A stretch of DNA of 64,000 nucleotides from Blastocatellia bacterium (lineage in GTDB: Bacteria; Acidobacteriota; Blastocatellia; RBC074), in contig DASRDU010000083.1 in assembly GCA_035652435.1 (NCBI GenBank), forward strand, positions 3,402 to 67,401, given 5' to 3'. Every line of letters begins with the position of its first letter. The first letter of the stretch is position 1. Both the position numbers and the translations under genes were made by a program. Below, one piece after another: positions 1 through 9,637 of this stretch. The notes under the pieces were generated by a model. That model was not told the DNA's origin. It did no database searches and saw only the letters and a program-made list of their open reading frames with translations.

Positions 1-574
1 CGATGTTTGATTCACCCAGCTCGGCCTTTGCGGCGGAGGTCAATAAAACCTCCCCCTTGCTCGCAATGTCCTCGCCCAGTTTGCTGGCCAGATTCACTTC
101 GTCACCGAAGATGTCCTCATTCCCGATGTTCAGGATTTTCCCGTACCCTATTCCGAATGCGACGTAGAGGTGCCGGTCCTTCGGGAGAATCATATTGACT
201 GTGTTCAGGCGGCTGATGATCTCCTGACTGGCCCTGACCGCGTCGGCGACCGTGTCGAACAGGCAGAACAGATTATCCGCGTCCGTTTTGATCACCGCCC
301 CGTTGTTCTGTTCAATGCACGGCCGGCAGATAATCTGCATCTGGTGAATCATCAGGAGGAACGAAATGATGCCGTGCTGCTGCGTCGTCCGGGAAAAGCC
401 GCTCATATCGAGTACCAGAACGGCTTTACACTGACCGAACGTTTCCTCGATGACCTGTGCTGTTTCCGCCTGCCGTTCGGGGAAGCTGATGATGTCGCCG
501 AGCAGGCGGTCCAGAGCCTCACGTGAATTGGGTTGCGCGAGGGATTTATCGTCGTCGAAAGGGGTGTGATTCAT
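1..574 (-). CDS. class III adenylate/guanylate cyclase catalytic domain protein; C-terminus beyond the window edge
   Basis: Reverse-strand translation from ATG at 574: MNHTPFDDD...AVLVLDMSGFSRTTQQHG...KTDADNLFCLF...FGIGYGKILNIGNEDIFGDEVNLASKLGE. Both metal-binding Asp positions and the GDxVNxAaRLe-like motif are present. Stop codon 3 codons upstream of the ATG. Absent from the ORF track because it runs off the window. Confidence 0.6.
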   Translation of the reverse strand, partial: MNHTPFDDDKSLAQPNSREALDRLLGDIISFPERQAETAQVIEETFGQCKAVLVLDMSGFSRTTQQHGIISFLLMIHQMQIICRPCIEQNNGAVIKTDADNLFCLFDTVADAVRASQEIISRLNTVNMILPKDRHLYVAFGIGYGKILNIGNEDIFGDEVNLASKLGEDIASKGEVLLTSAAKAELGESNI

Positions 575-675
575 TTCCCGGCCTTATAGTTTCAGCAAAC
601 TCGTCGCTCCGGGCCGCAACGGGGCCCGGAACACGACTCGTGTCAGGTGCGCTCTTCGGGGACTCCCCCCAGGAC

Positions 676-892
676 TTACGTCCGACTCCGCCGCAGGTCA
701 GTGTTGTGCTGTTCATCATCCTGCCTTGCCCGCTCGTAGCCTGCCTGGTACGCCTGATCGGATGAATCGGTCACACTGCTGACGCCGTTGCTGTAATCGT
801 TGTACCCTTTCCAGTACGCCGCCTTCTCCTCGTCAGTCAGGCCGCTCAGATCGAACGACCTGACTATTGTGGTAATTTCGTCATTGCTCATA
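676..892 (-). CDS. small hypothetical protein (72 aa, acidic, Ser/Tyr-rich)
   Basis: ORF with GGAGGG Shine-Dalgarno 6 nt upstream of ATG (MSNDEITT...). No recognisable domain. Confidence 0.4.
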
Positions 893-959
893 ACGCCCTC
901 CGCTCTTTCTTCTGGTCTGTAAATCGCCATTCGAATCTCAAGGTGCCGGACTTCGCGCT

Positions 960-1544
960 TTAGTTCCCCGGCGGGCTGATCATGATGTGGGCACCGGGCG
1001 TCCCGGCATCCATCAGCCATGGCTCGCCGCGCTTCGGCTTCGTTGACAACCCGGTGGATTCCGCCGTCGCGAAAGGGACGTAGAGTACCCAGCGCCGCGA
1101 CGGCTCGGCGACCGTGCCGGTCGCGGCGTCGTAGCCTTTGCCCGAGAGGACGTAGAGCATCCGGGGTTCCTTCGGCATCTGGAGCTTGCCCTCTCTGATC
1201 TCCTTCCAGCGGTATTTCTCGTTGCGGTCATTGCCGGTGATCCCTTGGGCCGTCAACTCGCGGCCTCTGGCCATGTATGGTTCGAGGTCCTTGTGGTAGC
1301 AGGCCACGCTGAACCTTTTGTCGGCCGGGTCGTCGGTCAGGCAGATCAGGTCGTTCGTGCCCTTGCGCAGCGTGACGAGCTTGCCCTGCGCGTCATAGCC
1401 CAGCACGGCGGCCTCGGCCCGCCGCTCTTCCGGGGCGGCGAGGATGGCGGAGGCGATCTGCGCTTCCGCCGACATGGTCGTCTGTGCTGCTGCCGGGACT
1501 GACAGCAGGAAAACGGCCAGAAACAGAATCGTCATTTTCGTCAT
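960..1544 (-). CDS. secreted hypothetical protein (N-terminal signal peptide)
   Basis: GGAGG SD then ATG; MTKMTILFLAVFLLSVPAAAQ signal peptide. No recognisable domain. Confidence 0.55.
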   Translation of the reverse strand: MTKMTILFLAVFLLSVPAAAQTTMSAEAQIASAILAAPEERRAEAAVLGYDAQGKLVTLRKGTNDLICLTDDPADKRFSVACYHKDLEPYMARGRELTAQGITGNDRNEKYRWKEIREGKLQMPKEPRMLYVLSGKGYDAATGTVAEPSRRWVLYVPFATAESTGLSTKPKRGEPWLMDAGTPGAHIMISPPGN

Positions 1545-1789
1545 ACCTGGTTCCTCCATAAACAGGGCATCAGTGACCCAGGGCCACCTTTGCTGTTGCC
1601 GCCCTGAAGCGTGCCCGCAAACCTGAACGCTCTTTGATAAAGTGAATCCACGCCAACGCTGCGAGAAGTCCCCGACGAGCTTTGGGGCGAGATTGAGAAG
1701 TTAATAGCGCGCGGGATTGTATCATGTCAAAGCCGCCGGGTCTGAACCCGCCTGATAATTCCACCCCGGTGGTCGTGCCTCTGTCATAT

Positions 1790-1870
1790 ATATCGGAAAC
1801 AAGATTCGATATTCATTACATCTTATTTTTTATGATGATCCGCTTCTGTAATTCATATTCTCCAGCCCGC
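1790..1870 (+). promoter_or_regulatory. AT-rich patch in the 5' region of the TonB-dependent receptor gene (putative promoter region)
   Basis: Local drop to AT-rich sequence (tatatcggaaacaagattcgatattcattacatcttattttttatgatgatc) in an otherwise 65% GC window, about 200 bp upstream of the receptor start. Confidence 0.2.
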
Positions 1871-2053
1871 CGTTCCCCTTCATCCAATAATTAAGTCGCA
1901 TCTCGGCAACGACTTGTCCTTTCACCTTTACGCCAGGCACGCACCTTGCGGATTTTGAACTCCACGCGTGACCTTACAGTCCGGCGCAAATTATCCGGAC
2001 CCGAAGGCCCCGATCATCGAACCAGAGGACCGCACATTACCAGGGAGATCATT

Positions 2054-5000
2054 ATGAATACCGTGAGATGCCTCACCCGACTGATGCTCGTGCTTTGCGT
2101 TTTCACGCTTTCAGCGCTGGCACAATCCAACACCGGCCGGCTGGTCGGCACCGTCTCGAGCGCCGCCGGAGTGGTCGTCGGCGCGACCGTCACTATCACC
2201 GACAACCAGACGGGGAGAGAAAAACAGCTGACGACCAGTAACGAGGGCACCTTCACGATCCCTCAGCTCGAAGTCGGAGTTTATACCGTGAAAGTGACGG
2301 CGTCGGGCTTCAAAACTTTCACGGCGAAGGCGGTCAAGATTGACGTCGGGCGGGAGTATTCCCTCAACGTCACGCTCGACGTCGGGCGGGTCGAAGACAC
2401 CATCGAGGTCACCGCCGGGGCGGACGTCATCAACGCATCGAACGCGGAATTGAGCAACACCGTCAGCGAGCGGCAGATCAAGGAACTGCCACTCAACGGC
2501 CGCAACCCGCTCAACCTGATCCAGCTTCAGGCGGGCACCTCGGCCAACGGCGCACAGACGACCAGCATCAACGGCGCGCGCCCGGCCTTCACCAACATCA
2601 CGCGCGACGGCCTCAACGTCAATGACAATTTCATCCGCGCCAACGCGAGCGACTTTTCATCCGAGCGCCCGTCGGTGGACGACACCGGCGAATTCACGGT
2701 CACGACGCAGAACGCGGGCGCGGCGCAAAACGGCGCGGCGCAGATCCAGCTCGTCACCCCGCGCGGTCAGAGCCTGCTGCACGGCGCGCTCTTCGAATAC
2801 AACCGCAACTCGGAGTTCACCGCCAACGACTTCTTCAATAATGCGGCCGGGATCAAACGCCCCTTCCTCAACCGCAATCAGTTCGGCGGCACGGTCTCAG
2901 GCCCGGTCGTGATGCCGCGCCGTTTCTTCGGCCCGCTCGGGTGGAATGAGAATAAAGACAAACTCTTCTTCTTCTTCTCTTACGAAGGGCTGCGGCGGCG
3001 CAACTCCACTTCGCGCTCGCGCCTGATCCTGCTACCCTCGGCGCGCAACGGCGTCTTCACTTTCAGGGACAGTGCGGGCACGCTCCGCTCGGTCAATCTA
3101 TTCTCCCTTCCGGCCTCCGGCGGCGCGGGTGGCGCGGCGGCGCCGACCGGCATTGACCCGGTCATTCAAAGCCGCATCCTCGCCAACCTGCCGACGGTCG
3201 GCAATCGCTCGGATCTGGGCGACGGATTGAATACGACCGGGTACGGTCTCGATCAGGCGCAGAATCAGGACCGCAACAGCTACACGACGCGGATTGATTA
3301 CGACATCAACGCGCGCCACTCGATCCACGGCGTCTACACGCACAAGAAAGAAAGCACCCTGCGCCCCGACGCCGACGGGGTCAACGGTTTTGCCTCAACG
3401 CCCCTGATCTCGCAGGGCGCGACGATCAATTTCCTGGCACTCGCCTACCGCCAGACGATCGGCTCCAGTTTCACGAACGAGGTGCGCGGCGGCACCTTCA
3501 AGACCGAGATTCCCTTCCTTCGGACGAGCCCGCCGCAGGACTTTTTCATCGGCGGCGTGGTCAGCCCCGTGCCCGCGAACACCGCGGCCAGCTTTGCGAT
3601 CATCAACAACCCTGAAGTTACGTTCCTCAATCAGGGCCGCAACGTGAATTATTACAACATTCAGGATAACGCCGATTACGTGCGCGGGAACCATGCGTTC
3701 CGCGCCGGCACCAACGCCCAGTTTTACCGCGTGGACCCCTTCAATGACGCCGGCATCGTGCCGACGGTCTTCCTGGGCGTTGGCAATAACACGCCGCAGC
3801 TGACCAACGCCAGTTTCGCCTCGATCCTGCCGGCGGGCGTGACGATTGATTCGACGCAGCTCGCCAACGCGAACAAGCTCTACGCGCTCCTGGGGGGCAT
3901 CATCAGCACCGCGACGCAGACCTTCAACCCGACCAGCCGCGATTCGGGTTTCGTGCGCGGCGCGACCTCGCTTCAGAAATACGCCTGGGAAAACATCGGC
4001 TTTTATGTTTCTGATCAGTGGCGCCTGAGGCCGCAGTTCTCGCTCAACCTGGGCCTGCGCTACGAGCTGCAAACGCCGCTGCGCAACACGAACGGCGTGC
4101 TGCTCGAACCGGTCATCCAGGGCGATCCGGTCGCCGCAATCCTCAATCCGAATGGCCAGTACAACTTCCTCGGCACCAACGCGGGCGGCCAGAATTTCTA
4201 CAATATGGACAATAACAACTTCGCGCCGGTGGTGAGCTTCGCCTGGTCGCCGGAGTTCAAAAACAAATTCCTCGGAGGTTTCTTCCCCTCGAACGGAAGG
4301 ACGGCAATCCGCGGCGGTTTCCGCATCAGCTACGTCAATGACGAACTGGTCACCGCGCCGCGCAACGCCGCCGTCGGCAACGTGGGCCTGGGCGCGACGG
4401 CCGTCAATGCGACGCAGGTCATTGGCGGCACGAGTACTTCGCAGCTCAACGCGCGTCTCGGCGCGCCGCCGACCAACTTCCCGACGCCGGCGGCGCCCGT
4501 GCTGCCGAAGAGCTTCGCCGCGAATAACACAGCGCAGTTCGGCAACTTCGGCGCCGTCTTCGGCGTGGACCCGAACCTCCAGGCGTCGCGCGTGCTGGAA
4601 TACAACTTCGGCATCCAGCGCGAACTCGGGTTCCAGACCGCGCTCGAAATCCGCTACGTCGGCAGCTACAGCAATAACCTGATCCGCGCGGTTGATTACA
4701 ACCAGGTTGACATCCGCAGCAACGGCTTCCTCGCCGACTTCATCCGCGCTCGAAACAACCTGGCGCTCGCGCCCGGCGGCCTGACCTCAGGCACCAACTT
4801 CAATTGCAGTCCTGCTTTCACGGGCTGCGTGCCGCTGCAAATCATCGGCACTTCGGCCGTGGGCGCACTCTCGAACGCGACGATCCTCAACCGGCTGCGT
4901 GACGGGCAGGTCGCCGACCTCGCGCTGGCTTACGTGCAGGGAGGGCTGACCAACGGCTTCAAGTTCCTGCCCAACCCGAACACCGGCACGGCGAACCTGC

Positions 5001-5902
5001 TCCAGAACGGGGCCAGATTCAACTACAACGCGCTGCAGGTCGAGTTGCGCAAGCGCTTCTCGCGCGGCATCTTCTTCCAGGCGAATTACACCTTCCAGAA
5101 AGTTCTGACCGACGCGGTGGGGACGGGGCAGACGCGCGTCGAGCCTTATCTCGACCGGCTGCAGCCGGGGCTTGAATACTCGCGCGCCGATTTCGACACG
5201 ACGCATGTGTTCAATTTCAACGGCAGCTACGAGCTTCCCTTCGGTAACGGGCGCCGGTTCCTGAATCGGGGCGGCGTCGCCGACCTGCTGTTCGGCGGCT
5301 GGCAGCTCACGGGGATCGTGCGCATCGCGAGCGGCGCGCCGCTCACCATCACCGACCCGCGCGGCACGATCAACCGTTCGAGCGGCAACCGTGCGAATCG
5401 TCAGACGGCGAGTTCCCCGCTCAGCAAGGATCAGATCAAGGATCTGATCGGCATCCACAAGACGAAGTGCGGAATTTTCTTCATTGACCCGAAGGTGATT
5501 GACATCAACCTTTCAGACTGCTCAGGGACGGGGCGCGCTTCGCGCGGCTTCGGCACGGCGGCTTTCCCCGGTCAGGTCTTCTTCAATAACGGCCCCGGCG
5601 AGACCGGCAACCTGGAGCGTGCCTTCATCAATGGCCCGGTCTACGTCAACACGGATGCCTCGCTGATCAAGAACTTCGCAATCACCGAGCGCGTTCGGCT
5701 CCAGCTGCGCGCCGAAGCTTTCAACCTTTTCAACCGGGCGAATTTCGGCGTGGACAACGTTCCGGATATCACCTCGGCGACCGGCCAGTTCGGCATGTTC
5801 AATATCAACAGCTCGACCTTTGGCCGCCTCCAGGTGACCGTCCAGGCCGCGGGCAATGACCCTTACCGCGTCCTGCAGTTTGCGGCGCGGCTCCAGTTCT
5901 GA
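2054..5902 (+). CDS. TonB-dependent receptor with N-terminal carboxypeptidase-regulatory-like domain (1282 aa)
   Basis: GGAG SD; signal peptide MNTVRCLTRLMLVLCVFTLSALAQ; N-terminal STGxLxGxVxDxxGxVVxGATVTI motif (CarbopepD_reg-like); Asn/Gly/Thr-rich beta-barrel body; terminal aromatic F typical of TonB-dependent transporters. Confidence 0.9.
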   Translation: MNTVRCLTRLMLVLCVFTLSALAQSNTGRLVGTVSSAAGVVVGATVTITDNQTGREKQLTTSNEGTFTIPQLEVGVYTVKVTASGFKTFTAKAVKIDVGREYSLNVTLDVGRVEDTIEVTAGADVINASNAELSNTVSERQIKELPLNGRNPLNLIQLQAGTSANGAQTTSINGARPAFTNITRDGLNVNDNFIRANASDFSSERPSVDDTGEFTVTTQNAGAAQNGAAQIQLVTPRGQSLLHGALFEYNRNSEFTANDFFNNAAGIKRPFLNRNQFGGTVSGPVVMPRRFFGPLGWNENKDKLFFFFSYEGLRRRNSTSRSRLILLPSARNGVFTFRDSAGTLRSVNLFSLPASGGAGGAAAPTGIDPVIQSRILANLPTVGNRSDLGDGLNTTGYGLDQAQNQDRNSYTTRIDYDINARHSIHGVYTHKKESTLRPDADGVNGFASTPLISQGATINFLALAYRQTIGSSFTNEVRGGTFKTEIPFLRTSPPQDFFIGGVVSPVPANTAASFAIINNPEVTFLNQGRNVNYYNIQDNADYVRGNHAFRAGTNAQFYRVDPFNDAGIVPTVFLGVGNNTPQLTNASFASILPAGVTIDSTQLANANKLYALLGGIISTATQTFNPTSRDSGFVRGATSLQKYAWENIGFYVSDQWRLRPQFSLNLGLRYELQTPLRNTNGVLLEPVIQGDPVAAILNPNGQYNFLGTNAGGQNFYNMDNNNFAPVVSFAWSPEFKNKFLGGFFPSNGRTAIRGGFRISYVNDELVTAPRNAAVGNVGLGATAVNATQVIGGTSTSQLNARLGAPPTNFPTPAAPVLPKSFAANNTAQFGNFGAVFGVDPNLQASRVLEYNFGIQRELGFQTALEIRYVGSYSNNLIRAVDYNQVDIRSNGFLADFIRARNNLALAPGGLTSGTNFNCSPAFTGCVPLQIIGTSAVGALSNATILNRLRDGQVADLALAYVQGGLTNGFKFLPNPNTGTANLLQNGARFNYNALQVELRKRFSRGIFFQANYTFQKVLTDAVGTGQTRVEPYLDRLQPGLEYSRADFDTTHVFNFNGSYELPFGNGRRFLNRGGVADLLFGGWQLTGIVRIASGAPLTITDPRGTINRSSGNRANRQTASSPLSKDQIKDLIGIHKTKCGIFFIDPKVIDINLSDCSGTGRASRGFGTAAFPGQVFFNNGPGETGNLERAFINGPVYVNTDASLIKNFAITERVRLQLRAEAFNLFNRANFGVDNVPDITSATGQFGMFNINSSTFGRLQVTVQAAGNDPYRVLQFAARLQF

Positions 5903-6252
5903 AACCGGGAGTGATTGTGGACGGCAGACCGCCGGGCGCGGGCGAAGGCAAAGGTTTTCGTCCGCGCCCACTGGAGTTTTCAGGAGTACGTCACATATCC
6001 GGAATGTCAGGCCTGATCGGGCTGATCTGCCGGATGACAGGAACGGGATGTCGCGGCGCCATGGTCAGCAACCGACAGCCCGTTCCTGCTCGCGACCCGG
6101 CCCCGATTTCTTCCGGCGGTCTTCTGCGCACCCCATCCATACTCCGGATCGTTAATCAAAAGACAAACCAGTTCGACAGGATTCACAGGATTGGCGGGAT
6201 GGGCGTTGAAGAAAGAGCCCGCTGTCATTTCGGGAAGGGGGATTTTGCGCCG

Positions 6253-6600
6253 ATGATCAAGCTGGTTTACTGCATCATGAAGAAGCCTGAACTGACCGAT
6301 GAAGAGTTCTTTCATTACTGGAAGAATATTCATTACTGGAAGAATATTCACGGCCCGATGGGCGCGCATTCCGGGATTGCGAAAGCTCGTCCAGAGCCAC
6401 GCCATCCGGCGCGCCAAAGAGATCCGGCGGCCTGATTTTGATGGAATGGCCGAGTTGTGGTTTGATGACCTGGAAGCGCTGCTCCTGGCGCGCACTTCGC
6501 CGGAATGGAAATTATCGTCAGCCGACGAAACTTTATTGACCGGAGCAGAGTCGCTTTCTTCATCACGGAAGAACACGAAATCGAGGGAGGGTCGCGATGA
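6253..6600 (+). pseudogene. EthD-family (ethyl tert-butyl ether degradation EthD-like) gene, disrupted
   Basis: Frame 1 gives MIKLVYCIMKKPELTDEEFFHYWKNIH[YWKNIH]GPM. The EthD signal continues in frame 2 (RKLVQSH...MAELWFDDLEALLLARTSPEW) and then frame 3 (FIDRSRVAFFITEEHEI, stop at 6598-6600). That is two +1 frameshifts plus an in-frame 18-bp tandem duplication at 6313-6348. Confidence 0.55.
6313..6348 (+). repeat. perfect 18-bp tandem duplication (cattactggaagaatatt x2) inside the EthD pseudogene
   Basis: Directly visible; duplicates residues HYWKNI. Confidence 0.9.
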
Positions 6601-7004
6601 AAGAACAGGCCGGATCAGGGCACGGGGACTCGATTGACGCCACCACTTCCAGGGTGCGCGGCGAGAAAGCACACATCCATATTGCCGACGCCCTCGACCG
6701 CCTTGTGGCTGCGGGCACGTCTTCCGTCCTGCTTTTTGAGCATGGCAGCCTGCAGGTAAAAATGTATGCCCCGCGCGGCCACGACCCGCAGACGCTGCAT
6801 GCGCGCGACGAGCTTTATGTCGTGGCCCGGGGGAGCGGAATCTTTTACGACGGCGCGACGCGGCGCGGCTTCGAGGTGGGCGACCTGCGCTTCGCGCCAG
6901 CGGGCAGCGAACACCGGTTTGAAGATTTCACCGGGGATTTCGCGGTCTGGGTGATGTTCTACGGCCCGGAAGGCGGGGAAGGATCGCAGCCTCATTTCGC
7001 TTGA
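6597..7004 (+). CDS. cupin domain protein
   Basis: 135 aa; cupin-like His-containing motifs (LFEHGSLQV...HARDELYVVARGSG...APAGSEHRF). Start overlaps the EthD stop (ATGA). Confidence 0.75.
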   Translation: MKEQAGSGHGDSIDATTSRVRGEKAHIHIADALDRLVAAGTSSVLLFEHGSLQVKMYAPRGHDPQTLHARDELYVVARGSGIFYDGATRRGFEVGDLRFAPAGSEHRFEDFTGDFAVWVMFYGPEGGEGSQPHFA

Positions 7005-9292
7005 ACGAAATCAGTGACCAGCACGATGTCATTGATCGTGCTACCGCGTTCGCAGGCCAGGGATTTGCCGTCCGGCGACCAGGCGAAGCGGTAGATGCGG
7101 TCACTCCTGAAGTCAGTCACCTGCCGGGGCTGGCCGCCGTCTATCGGCTGGCTCCAGATGTTCGAGACCCCGTTGATCGTCATGATGAAATGGAGCGCGC
7201 GGCCGTCTGGCGACCACTGGACGGCGCCATAATCCGCCGTCAGTCTGCCCTTACAGACGACCACCGGCTCCCCGCCGTCAATCGGGATTACCGCCAGCTT
7301 CATCACCTTCACCTGCGCCTTCGCCTGCGGGTCAAGCACAAAGCATCCGACCCGCCTGCCGTCCGGCGAGACGACCGGGTGATTTGATTCGATCTCCGTC
7401 AACTGAACCGGCGTCCCGCCTTCGACCGGAATCTTCCAGATGGAGCGCCGTTGCTCATCACTGCCCGTATAAACCACCCACCGGCCATCCGGCGACAGGC
7501 TCGGCTGGGTCTCGCCCTGGCCGTCGGTCAGTTGTTTTGCATTGCTGCCGTCGGGCCTGATACTCCAGAGGTGAGGGATGCCGGAGTGGTACGAGGTGTA
7601 AACGATCAGACGCCCGTCGGCGGAGACCGTCGGCAGAATCTCCGAGCTGCCGTCGGTAGTCAGTTGCCGCTGATTCCTGCCGTCAGCGTCCATCACCCAC
7701 AGGTCCGTATTGCCGCCGGTGTTGCCGCCGTAAACAATCCGGTTATTCGCGAGCCAGGCGAGTCCCATATTCTCGCTGTAATTATCGCCGAAGCCGGAAG
7801 TGATCTGGACGGCGTGTCCTGACTTCTCGCGCGGGACGATCCAGATGTTCGACATCCGGGTGGATTGAATCGTCGTCAGCGCGCTCGCGTTGTCGGCGAT
7901 GCTCACCCCGCGGTAACCGTCAAGATCGTTGGTGATCCGGCGCGCCTCGCCCGCCGGCCAGGAGATATGCCAGATCTGATCGGCGTAGACCGAGTAATTG
8001 GGGTGCCAGGCGACTGCCACCAGCCCGCTGCCGTCCTTCATCCAGGCGACCTGCCCGACCCAGGTCCACTGCTGTGTGCCGACAGGGATCTCGGCGCCGT
8101 CCGCCACGCGCACCCCGATCACATTCATGTAATTCCCATTGGGATCATTGTTCATCCCGGAGACGGCAATGATCTTCCCGTCGGGTGACCACGACGGCCC
8201 GGCGAAAGAGAAGGAATTGGGTCTTTTGCGCACGGCCAGTCTTCTTTCACCGCTGCCGTCCGTATGGACGACGATCAATGCCACTTCCTGCTGAAAGGGG
8301 TAATTCCTGACAAAGGCGATCTGCTTTCCGTCGTGAGAAAGCGTGAGGCTGCTGTCTACGTCCTCAGCCACCTTCTTCGGCGCCCCGCCGAGGACGGGGA
8401 GCTGATAGAGGATGCCCAGCTTGTTCGGCCTGGTGAGGTAAACTGAGTAGTAAACGTAGTTGCCGTCGTGCGAGAAAGTAACGCCCCGGTAATCAACGTC
8501 CTCCGGCGGCACGATCTGTACGTTACTGGTCGTCGCGGTCTGGCGAACCCACAGGCTCTGCTGCCCGGCCTCTTCAACGACGTGCGCGACATATTTGCCG
8601 TCGGGTGAGACGGCCTGAAACAGGACCTTGCCGGTTCTGGTCAGCCGGGTGATCCGCATGTTGTGAAACGGCACGGCTGACGCGTTGGCCGAGTGGCGCT
8701 GGCTGAACAATCTGTAGACGCCGAAGGAGCCCGCCGCCACGATGAGTGTTGCCAGCACGACCGCCGCATATTTCCGCCACGTCCCGTCCGGCGCGCTGAC
8801 TGCTTCTGAGCTTTGACCTGTCACCTGCCCGTTGCTCTTCGCGGCAACAGCCTGCCCCGGCCCGGGCGCGGCGGCCTGTGTCTCACCATTAATCCATAAA
8901 CTGACCTGAGCGTCACCCTGCTCCGATTTTTCGATCAGAGCCTTCGCGCCGTCATCCCACACCTCCCTGACGCTCGCCACGAAGCGATAGCCGCGCCTCG
9001 GGATCGTTTCAATGTATGGCTGTTCCGAGGCTCCTTCGCCCAGAGCTTTTCTGATCTGAAAGATGTTCTGTGAGAGGCTGCTCTCCTCGACGAAGCTGTC
9101 GGGCCAGAGAACCCTGATCAGCTCATCCTTTTCCAGAACGCGCCCGCTGTTTTCGACCAGCACCAGCAGCGTCTCGAAGACCTTCGGCGGCAGCGGCACA
9201 TTTTTCCCGTCGCGCAGCAGCTGCCGGTCCGTGGCATCCACACGGAAGGGTCCGAACTCGTATAAATGCCTGGTCTGCATGCGGATGTCCAT
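6992..9292 (-). CDS. CadC/OmpR-type winged-helix transcriptional regulator fused to a TolB-like (PD40) beta-propeller
   Basis: N-terminal YEFGPFRVDATDRQLLRDGKNVPLPPKVFETLLVLVENSGRVLEKDELIRVLWPDSFVEESSLSQNIFQIRKAL = OmpR/PhoB-type DNA-binding domain; one TM helix (AAVVLATLIVAAGSFGV); repeated S(P/A)DG(K/R)xIA(F/Y)... WD40/PD40 blades. Confidence 0.8.
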   Translation of the reverse strand: MDIRMQTRHLYEFGPFRVDATDRQLLRDGKNVPLPPKVFETLLVLVENSGRVLEKDELIRVLWPDSFVEESSLSQNIFQIRKALGEGASEQPYIETIPRRGYRFVASVREVWDDGAKALIEKSEQGDAQVSLWINGETQAAAPGPGQAVAAKSNGQVTGQSSEAVSAPDGTWRKYAAVVLATLIVAAGSFGVYRLFSQRHSANASAVPFHNMRITRLTRTGKVLFQAVSPDGKYVAHVVEEAGQQSLWVRQTATTSNVQIVPPEDVDYRGVTFSHDGNYVYYSVYLTRPNKLGILYQLPVLGGAPKKVAEDVDSSLTLSHDGKQIAFVRNYPFQQEVALIVVHTDGSGERRLAVRKRPNSFSFAGPSWSPDGKIIAVSGMNNDPNGNYMNVIGVRVADGAEIPVGTQQWTWVGQVAWMKDGSGLVAVAWHPNYSVYADQIWHISWPAGEARRITNDLDGYRGVSIADNASALTTIQSTRMSNIWIVPREKSGHAVQITSGFGDNYSENMGLAWLANNRIVYGGNTGGNTDLWVMDADGRNQRQLTTDGSSEILPTVSADGRLIVYTSYHSGIPHLWSIRPDGSNAKQLTDGQGETQPSLSPDGRWVVYTGSDEQRRSIWKIPVEGGTPVQLTEIESNHPVVSPDGRRVGCFVLDPQAKAQVKVMKLAVIPIDGGEPVVVCKGRLTADYGAVQWSPDGRALHFIMTINGVSNIWSQPIDGGQPRQVTDFRSDRIYRFAWSPDGKSLACERGSTINDIVLVTDFVQAK

Positions 9293-9542
9293 AATTAAGA
9301 ACCCCGTCAGAACTAAATAACAGTTTTATAAACGCTCGCTCAAGACATTGAACTCGTCTGGCGACTACTCTCAGGCTGAGTAACCCTCCCGCGCTTTTCT
9401 GGTAATCGAAAGCCGGGATTTACCTGTCTGGTTCTGAAGTGGATTTTAGTCCTGAGAACCAGAACGAACAATGAGAAAGAACTTGCCGGGATGATCAGTC
9501 GGGTTTTCAAAGGGATTTTCGGGACACGAAAATCCATGCAAT

Positions 9543-9574
9543 GTGACGCGCTCCATTTTTTTGGATCGCGTCAC
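9543..9574. promoter_or_regulatory. perfect 8-bp inverted repeat (gtgacgcg...cgcgtcac) with 16-nt T-rich spacer in a divergent intergenic region
   Basis: Seen directly; lies between the minus-strand regulator gene and the plus-strand TIR-like gene. Confidence 0.2.
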
Positions 9575-9637
9575 GGAGCCGTGCCCTCAGTCGGGCTGGC
9601 TCAGTCAAAAAGTTGAAGAGCGGGAGACACGCGAGCA

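Noticed and set aside
7-526. Plus-strand ORFs 7..198 and 170..526 from the ORF track
   Set aside because: No domain features. The opposite strand encodes a convincing class III cyclase catalytic domain over the same bases.
1570-1764. 64-aa minus-strand ORF upstream of the TonB-dependent receptor
   Set aside because: Lies in the promoter/5' region, has no SD and an Arg-rich composition. Likely non-coding.
3395-5458. Minus-strand ORFs 3395..4072 and 4787..5458 (about 225 aa each) inside the TonB-dependent receptor gene
   Set aside because: Antisense shadow ORFs typical of 65% GC DNA (Arg/Ala/Gly-rich, no motifs). The sense-strand receptor is unambiguous.
6253-6600. Possibility that the EthD frameshifts are sequencing or assembly errors rather than a pseudogene
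   Set aside because: Cannot be excluded without reads. Kept as pseudogene because all other long ORFs in the window are intact and the 18-bp tandem duplication is an independent lesion.
6007-6672. 221-aa minus-strand ORF overlapping the EthD pseudogene
   Set aside because: No recognisable features. The plus strand shows EthD segments in three frames, which explains the locus better.
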